Origin: an uncultured Candidatus Rokubacteria bacterium
GTDB lineage: Bacteria; Methylomirabilota; Methylomirabilia; Rokubacteriales; CSP1-6
Length of the DNA: 64,000 nt
Reading direction: 5' to 3'
Assembly (NCBI GenBank): GCA_963789955.1
Contig: CAWBMV010000034.1
Location: forward strand, 576,001 to 640,000
A program made the position numbers and the translations under genes. The notes beneath the pieces are model-generated. The model worked only from the letters and a program-made list of their open reading frames with translations. It was not told where the DNA came from and ran no database searches. This document shows positions 12,701 to 20,813 of the stretch, one piece after another; the first letter of the stretch is position 1; each line of letters opens with the position of its first letter.

Positions 12701-13183
12701 TTAGCCCTGGCGGTCCGAGGCAAGGCCGTCGAGGTTGCGAATGACCTCGAGATCTTCGAGGAGATCGAGCCGCTCGACGGTGCGCAGATCTTGTAAGAGG
12801 CCGAGCTCCTGAGCCATGACCACTTCGTCCGGGCCGATCGGATCCGCGGGTCGGGACATCTCGCGACTGCCCCAGACCGCGACGAACAACAGGATCCCGG
12901 CGAGGCTCGCCGACAGCGCGACCGGCATGGGACGCCGCCACCAGCCCACGTGAGCGCGCCGCGCCTCGAGCTTCTCGCGAAGCTCGGCGCGATAGCGCGC
13001 CCAGTTCACCGTGGGCGGCTGCCCGATCGCGTGCGCGAGATTGCCGAGAAGATCCCGGAGCAGCTCGGTGTCCTGCTTGCAGTCCGGGCATTCCTCAAGA
13101 TGTCGAGCGACGCGCTCGCGCTCGGCCGGGGGGAGCTCCCCCCTGAGATAGGGCACGAGATCAGTATCGGGATGCCTTGCCAT
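12701..13183 (-). CDS. Zinc-binding (ZAS, zf-HC2) membrane anti-sigma factor
   Basis: YLRGEL...HLEECPDC (HxxxCxxC), one TM helix, short Leu/acidic C-terminus. Confidence 0.9.
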   Translation of the reverse strand: MARHPDTDLVPYLRGELPPAERERVARHLEECPDCKQDTELLRDLLGNLAHAIGQPPTVNWARYRAELREKLEARRAHVGWWRRPMPVALSASLAGILLFVAVWGSREMSRPADPIGPDEVVMAQELGLLQDLRTVERLDLLEDLEVIRNLDGLASDRQG

Positions 13184-13184
13184 G

Positions 13185-13748
13185 TCAGCGCTTCTCCACC
13201 GTCTTCTTCAGTGTCGCGAGCGCACGGTGCAGGTGGACGCGCACGGTCGCCTCGGAGCATTTGAGCACCCGAGCGATATCGTACGTCGCCATGTCCTCCT
13301 GCACTCGGAGCAGCACCGCCGCCCGCTGGCGCGGGGCCAGCCGATCCACGGCCGATCCCAACGCCTTCAACGTTTCCTCCCGGCTGAGCTTGTCGACCGG
13401 ATCGTTGACCGGCGCCGGCTGCCGGTCGAGAATCGTCTCGGCTCGGTCGTCATCGTCATCGCGCACCCAGAGCTTCCACCACTTGTGCTTGCGCTTGTGG
13501 TCCAGGCACAAGTTGACCAGGATCCGATAGAACCACGTCGAAAATTTCGACCGCCCGCGAAAGCTGCCGGCGGTCTCGTACAGCCGGATGAAGGCCTCCT
13601 GCGAGACGTCACGCGCGTCCTCGGCGTTCCGGAGGATCGACCAGGCGAGACGATACGCTCGCTCCTGATACCGCGACACGAGGAGGTCGAACGCCGCCTC
13701 GTCTCGCCTGGCCACGCGCTCACAGAGCGCTTCGTCCGCTGGCTCCAC
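13185..13748 (-). CDS. ECF RNA polymerase sigma factor
   Basis: AEDARDVSQEAF, FSTWFYRILVNLCLD, region 4 IARVLKCSEATVRVHLHRA. Confidence 0.93.
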   Translation of the reverse strand: MEPADEALCERVARRDEAAFDLLVSRYQERAYRLAWSILRNAEDARDVSQEAFIRLYETAGSFRGRSKFSTWFYRILVNLCLDHKRKHKWWKLWVRDDDDDRAETILDRQPAPVNDPVDKLSREETLKALGSAVDRLAPRQRAAVLLRVQEDMATYDIARVLKCSEATVRVHLHRALATLKKTVEKR

Positions 13749-13815
13749 TCGCCTGTTGTCCCTTCGTCCTTCACCTTGTCACTCCCGACCATCGTGCGGC
13801 AAGTGTTCCCGGCTG

Positions 13816-14433
13816 CTACCGACTCCGCTCGTCGCGCGCCAGCTCGCGCTGATCCTGACGAAGGTCGCCGCGGTCGTCACGCCGATCCCGCACGTCCTCC
13901 CGCAGCTCCCGCCGGTCACTCACGAGCTCGCGCCGGTCCTGACGGACCTCGTTGGTCCGGCCGGCCTTGATGTCCTGGTTCAGCTCCCGGCGGTCACCCG
14001 CCAGCTCGCGCCGATCCTGACGGACCTCGCGATTGTCGCGCCCGAGCTCCCGCCGGTCCTGGCGAACGTCCTGGCGGTCGCGCTTGACGGTCTGATCGTT
14101 TCGGAGGTCCCGGCGGTCCTTGTTCAAATCGCGCCGGTCGTCGCGCCGGTCGCGCACGTCCTCGCGAAGCTCGCGCTTGTCGCCGCGGATCTCCGCGCGG
14201 TCCTGCTTCACCTCGCCGGTCCGTCCGGCCTTCACGTCCTGACTGAGCTCCCGGCGGTCTCCCGCCAGCTCCCGGCGATCCTGGCGGATATCGCGGTTGT
14301 CTCCGTGCAGCTCCCGGCGATCCTGGCGTACATCCTGCCGGTCCTGTCTGACCCGCCCGTTCTGGGCGTCGGCGGCGCCGTAACCCAGCGCCAGCACTAC
14401 CGCTCCGATGGCCATCGTCGTCAGAGGCTTCAT
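13816..14433 (-). CDS. Secreted highly charged heptad-repeat protein (RQDRREL repeats)
   Basis: RBS GGAGGG, signal peptide ending ADA-Q, then R/D/E/Q-rich 7-aa repeats arranged as two 88-aa units. Confidence 0.8.
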   Translation of the reverse strand: MKPLTTMAIGAVVLALGYGAADAQNGRVRQDRQDVRQDRRELHGDNRDIRQDRRELAGDRRELSQDVKAGRTGEVKQDRAEIRGDKRELREDVRDRRDDRRDLNKDRRDLRNDQTVKRDRQDVRQDRRELGRDNREVRQDRRELAGDRRELNQDIKAGRTNEVRQDRRELVSDRRELREDVRDRRDDRGDLRQDQRELARDERSR

Positions 14434-14483
14434 CGGTCCCTCCGTCTGCTCGGAATCTGACCGCTTAAACCACTGATTGATTG

Positions 14484-14509
14484 GACGCATGGCGTATCCG
14501 ATCGTTTAC
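14484..14509 (-). promoter_or_regulatory. Putative ECF sigma promoter
   Basis: Minus strand GTAAAC-N16-CGTC, matching the AAC/CGT ECF consensus, about 50 nt upstream of the repeat gene. Confidence 0.6.
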
Positions 14510-14518
14510 GGCGGAGGT

Positions 14519-14564
14519 CCCCCAAAGGGGTCCGTTTCCGGACGCCTACGGACCCTTCGGGGGG
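14519..14564. terminator. Long GC-rich stem-loop downstream of the SDR gene
   Basis: CCCCCAAAGGGGTCCGT ... ACGGACCCTTCGGGGGG inverted repeat; no clear U-tract. Confidence 0.45.
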
Positions 14565-14572
14565 TGGTATCT

Positions 14573-15275
14573 TCAGATGGCGAGCAGGGTGCCGGTGATG
14601 TGTCCGGAGGCTTCGCGGGCGAGCACGGCGATCGCGTCGGCAACCGCCTCGACCGGCACCCAGCCCTTCCGGTCGCTGTCCGGCATGGCGGCGCGGTTTG
14701 CAGGGGTATCCATGGTGCTGGGCAGCACGGCGTTCACGGTGATCCCGTGGGGGTGCGTCTCCTGGGAGAGCGCCTGGGTGAATGCGATCGCCCCGGCCTT
14801 GGCGACCGTGTAGGCGATGAAGCCCCCGGCCGGAGGCACGACCGCGCGGGAGGCGACCACGACGACCCGGCCGTAGCGGGCACGGATCATCGCGGGAACC
14901 ACCGCCCTGGTGACGCTGAAGACGCTCGTCAGGTTGAGATCGAGCATGCGCTGCCACGTCTCGAGCTCCGTCTCGACGAGCGAGCCTCCGGCGAAGCCGC
15001 CGACACCGGCCACGAGGATGTCGATCTTGCCGCGCGCCGCGACGACACTCTCGGCGAAGGCGGTCATGGCCTTGACGTCGATCACGTCGACGGACTGCAC
15101 GATCAGGCGCTGGCGGTCCGCGGCGGCCACCCGCTGGGTCAGCCGCTCACGCTCCGCTTCGACGGCGTACGGCACGGCGACGATCGCGCCGTCGGCGAGG
15201 AGCCGCAAGGTGACCGCCTGTCCCAGCGCCCCGGTCCCGCCGGTGACGACGGCGACGCGCCCGGCGAGGCGGTCA
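14573..15275 (-). CDS. Short-chain dehydrogenase/reductase (start codon unresolved)
   Basis: DRLAGRVAVVTGGTGALG upstream of the tracked ORF, YTVAK catalytic motif, VNAVLPS. Confidence 0.85.
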
Positions 15276-15392
15276 TTGTAGCGGGGACCGTGAGGCCGGC
15301 TTGGACCGAGGGTGGCCTGAGACAGGTGCGAGCCGGCTCCGTTGTAGCGGGGACCGTGAGGCCGCCTTGGACCGAGGGTGGCCTGAGACAGG
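15276..15392. repeat. Two 51-bp direct repeats (66-bp period), each an imperfect palindrome preceded by GTAG
   Basis: TTGTAGCGGGGACCGTGAGGCCG(G/C)CTTGGACCGAGGGTGGCCTGAGACAGG at 15276-15326 and 15342-15392, one mismatch. Confidence 0.9.
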
Positions 15393-15466
15393 CGCGGCGA
15401 AGCTCCGCACGCCCGATTGTCTCGGATGTGCGTTCGTCGGCTCGGGACGGTTCACGGTCATTCCGA

Positions 15467-16353
15467 TCATTCAGAGCGGACGACATGATCGCGGAGCGCT
15501 GGATCTCGTCGTAGCGGACCTTGCTGACGTCGAACTCTTCGAGGTTCTCGCGCAGCTTCTTGAAGGTCTGCTCGAACGAGGGCAGGGTCTTGCGCGCGCG
15601 CGTGAGCGGCGTCGTGCGCGCGAGCAGATAGTTTTTCACGTAGGGGTGGTTGATCCCGCGCTTCTTGATCTTCGCGACGGCGACGCCGAGCGCCGCGTCG
15701 GCGGCGCGCACCATGTCGGCGCGCTCCGTCCTCGAGTCGAGGCCCTTGGGCAAGGTCTGCTTCAGGAACTTGTCGACCCGGCGGAGGATCGGCGCGAAGG
15801 CGCCGCCGGCGAACCGCTTGTTCTCTTCGTAGAGCAGGCCGAGCGTGATGAAGTGCGGCGCCTCGAACTGCGCGGCCCACTTCTCCTCGGTGGTGTCGGG
15901 ATCGTCCGTGACGAGCGCCCGGTACATCCGGATGACCTCGAGCGACTTTTCCTTGAGGTTGTGGGCCTTCTCGACGTTGAGGGGCAGCACCTCGAAGAGC
16001 ATCTCCGGCTCGACGACCAGAATGACCGGGATGAAGTCGGCCTTGAGCTTGTCGAGGACGGCGCGGCGATGATTCCCGTTCGGCGTCCAGTAGACGCCCG
16101 GCCGCGGCGAGATCGCCACGATCGGATCCACGAACCGGTCGAGACGCTTGATCGACTCGGTGAGCCGCTTGACGTGCGTCGGCGAGAGATCGCGCTGATA
16201 CGGGCTCGCCTCGCACTTGGCGCGGGGCAGGAGACCGAAGATCTGCCAGTGATCGCCGACGGGCTCCTGGTAGACCGCGAGAACCCGCCCGCCGTCTCGC
16301 TCGATCTGCGAGGCGAGCGCTTGCGCCGCTTTCGAGGGTTCTTGGTCAGCCAT
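15467..16353 (-). CDS. ParB/Srx-like N-terminal domain protein (true stop probably near 15467; tracked ORF reads on to 15139)
   Basis: PYQRDLS...FVDPIV...WTPNGNHRRAVL and LNVEKAHNLKEK resemble the ParB N-terminal fold. Confidence 0.7.
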
Positions 16354-16380
16354 GGCTCTCGCTCCTGCGTCGGGCGTACG

Positions 16381-16981
16381 TTAGCAAACCTTGCGGAGGA
16401 GAACCATCCACTCCTGCCCCTGCCGCGGTCTCACCGAGCGCGGCGCGTAGGCGCGCTCGATGCGAAACCCCGGAGCGAACAGGCGGCGCACTTCGCGCTC
16501 GGAGACCGGAAAGGGCGGGCCGGCGGCGCGCCGCCGCATCGGAAAGAAGCACGCCAGGAGCCAGCCGCCCGGCTTCAGGATCGCGCGCATCGTGCGGACG
16601 TACTCCGCGCGCCGCCGGGGTTCGATGGCGCAGAAGCACGTGTACTCCCAGATGCCGTCGAAGGCGTGCCCGTAGTCGAGGCCGAGCGTGAAGAGGTCGC
16701 GCTCGACGAACTCGGCGGTCACGTTGTCGGTCTTGGCGAGCGCGCGCGCCTCGGCGAGCGCGGTCGCGGAGAAGTCGAAGCCGACCGCGGCGTAGCCGCG
16801 GCGGGCCAGGAAGCGCACGTCGTGGCCGCGCCCGCAGCCCGGCACCGCGACGCGGCCGGGCGCCGAGCGGCGTGTGATCCATGAACTCGACGAGCGGCGG
16901 CGTCGGCTGGCGAATGTCCCAGCCGTCCGCTCCGCGCGCGTACAGATCGGTCCAGAAATCCGACGTGCTCACGCTGGCCAT
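16381..16981 (-). CDS. Thiopurine S-methyltransferase-like SAM methyltransferase, frameshifted near 16860
   Basis: FWTDLY...GWD...PTPPL; VPGCGRGHD; EYTCFCAI; GPPF. Confidence 0.85.
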
Positions 16982-17613
16982 GAGACTCCTTCGAAATCCT
17001 CGACGGCGCGCTCGGCGCCGGCCGCGCGAAGCTCGGTCTCGGTGTGGGCGGTGCTCACGCCGATGGCCCGCATGCCGGCGCTTCGCGCGGCCTGCACGCC
17101 GACCACCGCGTCTTCGAAGACCAGACACTGCTCGGGCGCGACACCGAGCCGGCCGGCGGCGAGCAGGTAGACCTCGGGATCGGGCTTGCCGTGTCGGACG
17201 TCCTCGGCGGCCACGACGACCTCGAATCGGTCGCGCAGGCGCGCGCGAGTCAGGAGCGTGTCGACGTCGTGCCGCGAGGCGGAGGTGGCGACGGCGCGCG
17301 GCACGCTCCGCGCCGCGAGATCGGTGACGAACTCGGCGACGCCGCGAACCAGCGCCGGCCCGCCGCCGGCGAGCCGCCGGTAGTGCTCCTGCTTGCGCGC
17401 CGCCAGCCGCTGCGCCTCGGCCCACGACGTCTCGCGCCCCAGGAGCAACGGCACCGCCTCGACGCTCGGGCGGCCGATGGTCAGACGCCAGTAGTCGGGC
17501 TCGGCGGGGACCACGCCCAGCTCGTCGAGGAGCGCGCGCCAGGCCGCTCGATGGTGCGCTCCGGAGTCGATCAGCACGCCGTCCATGTCGAAGATGACAG
17601 CGCGCGTCGCCAC
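16969..17613 (-). CDS. HAD-family phosphatase (beta-PGM-like)
   Basis: IFDMDGVLID, ATSA, GKPDPEVY, VFEDAVVG. Confidence 0.9.
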   Translation of the reverse strand: MATRAVIFDMDGVLIDSGAHHRAAWRALLDELGVVPAEPDYWRLTIGRPSVEAVPLLLGRETSWAEAQRLAARKQEHYRRLAGGGPALVRGVAEFVTDLAARSVPRAVATSASRHDVDTLLTRARLRDRFEVVVAAEDVRHGKPDPEVYLLAAGRLGVAPEQCLVFEDAVVGVQAARSAGMRAIGVSTAHTETELRAAGAERAVEDFEGVSWPA

Positions 17614-17615
17614 GC

Positions 17616-18245
17616 CTACCGGAGCCGGTAGAGGGGAGCCAGGGTGCGGAACGTCTCGAGCGCCGCCGAGCGGTACTGCGCCTCCGTCCAGCGCGCCGCC
17701 TCGTCGGCCGACACCGCCCGCCCGAGGACGAGCTGACCGTCGCGGGTCCGCGTGAGCTCGTCGGCCAGCTCCTCGAGCTTCTCCGGCGTGAAGTCGGCCA
17801 GCGGTGACGCCGGCTCCTCGTCGTGCTCGTTCTTGAACCACGCGAGATGCTTCACCCGCCGGAGCACCGGGCCGACCTTGGGCGCGTGCTTCTTCCACGT
17901 GCTCGCCCAGCGTCGCTTGTCGGCGTGCTCGGGGCCGATCTCGAAGAGAAAGCGCACGCAGTGACGCGAGACGGCGACCTTGAAGTGGCTGTGCTTCTTG
18001 TAGCCGCGAGCGTCGGGGCCGAAGGCGACCCACGTATCGTCCGGCGGGTTCACCGTGCGGCGCGCGTGCTGGGCGACGTGCGCGAACACTTCACCGCCGA
18101 CCGAGCGACCGACCGACGACGCCAGGCTCTCGCCGAACGCACCCAGCTTCGGGCGCACGCGCGCGCGGATCTCGCTCATGCGCGGTTTGAAGCCCTTCAC
18201 GTCGAAGATCCTGAAATCGCCTGCGACGAACGCTGGGGACGCCAT
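17616..18245 (-). CDS. DUF1054 (YktB/UPF0637)-like protein
   Basis: HVAQHARRTVNPPDDTWVAF...RGYKKHSHF motif. Confidence 0.75.
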   Translation of the reverse strand: MASPAFVAGDFRIFDVKGFKPRMSEIRARVRPKLGAFGESLASSVGRSVGGEVFAHVAQHARRTVNPPDDTWVAFGPDARGYKKHSHFKVAVSRHCVRFLFEIGPEHADKRRWASTWKKHAPKVGPVLRRVKHLAWFKNEHDEEPASPLADFTPEKLEELADELTRTRDGQLVLGRAVSADEAARWTEAQYRSAALETFRTLAPLYRLR

Positions 18246-18430
18246 CGGTGCTCTCCTCGGGCTCAGAGGTCGACGGATCCGTCGAGAGTGGAGTCGGTCG
18301 GGTTCATCGCGAAACGAACCGATGATCGACCGTCGGCGCATGGACGTCAACTACGTTTTGCGGTGCCTCGATTGCTCGGCGGTGTGCGACCGCGAAGGTT
18401 ACTATGAACGGTGACGAAAATGAGCGACGC

Positions 18431-19558
18431 GTGATTCGCGTCCTGCAGCTCTTGACGGCCACGGCGCTCGGCGGTGGTCCGCGCCAGGTCTTTCATCTCG
18501 TTCGTCACCTTCCCGGCGAGGAATTCGAGATCTCGGTCGCCGGTCCGTGGGATGAGCGGTTCGCCGCGGATCTCCGGACTCTCGGCATCGAGCTCGCTGA
18601 CGTCGCCGTGGACACGCTCCGTGCGTTCCCCCTGACGCTCCGCCGAGTCGTGCGCCTCATTCGCGATAGCCGTGCCGACGTCGTTCACACCCACGGCAAG
18701 GGTGCCGGCCTCTATGGTCGGCTGGGCGCGAAGCTGGCCGGCGTGCCCTCGGTGCACACGTTTCATGGCATCCACTATGAAAACTATTCCCGCGCGGGTC
18801 AGAACGCGTATCTGGCGCTCGAGCGATGGCTGGCCGGCCTCACCCATACCGTGATCAATGTGTCCGAGACACAGGAGACCGAAGCTCTGCGTCTGGGCGT
18901 GGCCCACCCAGGGCACAGCGCGGTCGTCGTGAACGGGATCGATGTCGACGAGCTGAACGCGCGGCCGGCCAGCACGCGAGCCCAGCTCGGGTTGACCGAC
19001 GACGACCAGGTCGTCGGCTGTGTGGCGCGGCTCGATCCGGTCAAGAACCACAGGGCTCTCGTCGATGCGCTCGCCCTCGTCCGCGAGCGGCATCCCAAGG
19101 TCGCGCTCCTGCTCGTGGGTGAAGGGCCGGAGAAAGGTCGGATCGAACAGCGCGCCGCCGAGCGGAACGTCCGCGTCGTCTTCAGTCCCGGCGCGATCGC
19201 GTGGAAAACCAACCCGTACTCGAGCTGCGACCTCTACGCCACCTCATCGTCAAAAGAAGGACTGCCGCTCGCCCCGCTGGAGGCGATGGCGTGTGAGCGC
19301 GCCGTGGTCGCGACGGACGTTCCCGGTCACCGGGACGTCGTGGATGAAACGACAGGCGTGCTGGTGCCACGAGAGGACGACGCGGCGCTGGCCAACGCCA
19401 TCGAGTCGCTCCTCGACGATCCGGCCCGGCGCCGGCGGATGGGGCAGGCGGGACGCCGCCGCGTGCTGGAGAAGTTTACGGTGCGGACGATGGTCGAGGA
19501 GACCGCCGTGGTGTACCGAGCGGCCGCAGCGTCTCGAAGGGTTACTCGTCGATCGTGA
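18431..19558 (+). CDS. Glycosyltransferase family 4
   Basis: DVVHTHG, VHTFHG, VARLDPVKN, EGLPLAPLEAMA. Confidence 0.88.
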   Translation: MIRVLQLLTATALGGGPRQVFHLVRHLPGEEFEISVAGPWDERFAADLRTLGIELADVAVDTLRAFPLTLRRVVRLIRDSRADVVHTHGKGAGLYGRLGAKLAGVPSVHTFHGIHYENYSRAGQNAYLALERWLAGLTHTVINVSETQETEALRLGVAHPGHSAVVVNGIDVDELNARPASTRAQLGLTDDDQVVGCVARLDPVKNHRALVDALALVRERHPKVALLLVGEGPEKGRIEQRAAERNVRVVFSPGAIAWKTNPYSSCDLYATSSSKEGLPLAPLEAMACERAVVATDVPGHRDVVDETTGVLVPREDDAALANAIESLLDDPARRRRMGQAGRRRVLEKFTVRTMVEETAVVYRAAAASRRVTRRS

Positions 19559-19754
19559 GACGGGGCGTCGCCGCGACGCCGAAGCGTCGCAGGCAGTAGA
19601 GGAGATCGCCGACGCAGCCCGTGCAGAGCCTCCCGGTACGCTCCTTGTCCGCCAGCGGCCAGGTTCCGGCGAGGCAGGCTTCGCGTAGCTGGCCGATCGT
19701 CAGGTTCGTGCAGTAGCACAGCAGCATCGACTCGACCGGCTCGCGCATGCTCAT
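19542..19754 (-). CDS. BFD-like [2Fe-2S]-binding small protein
   Basis: LLCYCTNLTIGQLREA...TGRLCTGC (CxC...CxxC). Confidence 0.7.
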   Translation of the reverse strand: MSMREPVESMLLCYCTNLTIGQLREACLAGTWPLADKERTGRLCTGCVGDLLYCLRRFGVAATPRLTIDE

Positions 19755-19847
19755 CTGACGGCCCGACCACCGTACCGTGTCGTTTTCGGGGGTGTCAAGC
19801 CGCCGGGAGCAGGCGGCCGCGCGAGCCGGCGATGTTACAATCGCGGA

Positions 19848-20801
19848 GTGACTGATCTTTCGCTCGTGACGGGCGGCGCCGGCTTCATCGGTTCGCATCT
19901 CGTCGAGCGGCTCCTGGCGGACGGCGGTCGCGTCCGCATCCTCGACAACTTCTCGAGCGGCGCCCGGACCAACCTCGCCTTCGCGTCCAAGTACCGCCGC
20001 CAGCTCGAGGTCGTCCGCGGGGACATCCGGAATCTTTCGGTGGTGCTCCGCGCGGCGCGCGGCGCGCGCGTGATCTACCACCAGGCGGCGATGCGCTCGG
20101 TGCCCCGCTCGGTCAAGGACCCGCTCGGCGCCAACGACAACAACGTCAACGGCACCCTGAACGTGCTCGAGGCCGCGCGGCGCTGCAAGGTGCCGCGGGT
20201 CGTCTACGCGTCGTCGTCGTCGGTCTACGGCGATCGGCCGGAGCTCCCCAAGCGCGAAGATCAGCCGCCGGCGCCGGTGTCGCCCTACGCGGTGTCGAAA
20301 GCGGCCGGCGAGCAGTACGCCGCGGCGTGGACCCGTCTCTACAACGTCGAGACGGTCGGGCTCCGCTACTTCAACGTGTTCGGTCCGCGCCAGGACCCGA
20401 AATCCCAGTACGCGGCGGTCATCGCGCGCTTCATCCAGTGGGGCCTTCGGGGCCAGCCGCTCGAGGTGCACGGGGACGGCTCGCAGTCCCGGGACTTCAC
20501 CTACATCGACAACGTCGTCGAGGCCAACCTGCTCGCCGCCAAGGCGCCGGCCGCGGCCGGCGAAGCGTTCAACGTCGGCTGCGGAGAGCGCGTGAGCCTG
20601 CTGGACATCATCGCGAGGCTCGAGGCGCTCCTGGGCAAGAAGCTCGAGCGGCGTCATACGCCCACGCGCGCCGGCGACGTGCCGCACACGCTCGCCGATG
20701 TCTCCAAGGCCAAGCGGCTCATGGGGTACTCGCCGCTGGTCAATTTCGACGAAGGGTTCCGGCGGACGGTCGAGTACTTCAGGTCGTCGTCCAAGCGCTA
20801 G
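19848..20801 (+). CDS. NAD-dependent UDP-sugar 4-epimerase (WbpP/GalE-like)
   Basis: TGGAGFIGSH, ASSSSVYG, SPYAVSK, LRYFNVFGPRQ, RDFTY. Confidence 0.92.
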   Translation: MTDLSLVTGGAGFIGSHLVERLLADGGRVRILDNFSSGARTNLAFASKYRRQLEVVRGDIRNLSVVLRAARGARVIYHQAAMRSVPRSVKDPLGANDNNVNGTLNVLEAARRCKVPRVVYASSSSVYGDRPELPKREDQPPAPVSPYAVSKAAGEQYAAAWTRLYNVETVGLRYFNVFGPRQDPKSQYAAVIARFIQWGLRGQPLEVHGDGSQSRDFTYIDNVVEANLLAAKAPAAAGEAFNVGCGERVSLLDIIARLEALLGKKLERRHTPTRAGDVPHTLADVSKAKRLMGYSPLVNFDEGFRRTVEYFRSSSKR

Positions 20802-20813
20802 GAGGATCGTCCG

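Noticed and set aside
13756..14460. Hydrophobic repeat membrane protein on the plus strand
   Set aside because: Exact antisense shadow of the RQDRREL gene, which has the RBS, signal peptide and operon context
15276..15392. Mini CRISPR array
   Set aside because: Only two copies, 51-bp repeat with a 15-bp spacer, no cas genes or AT-rich leader
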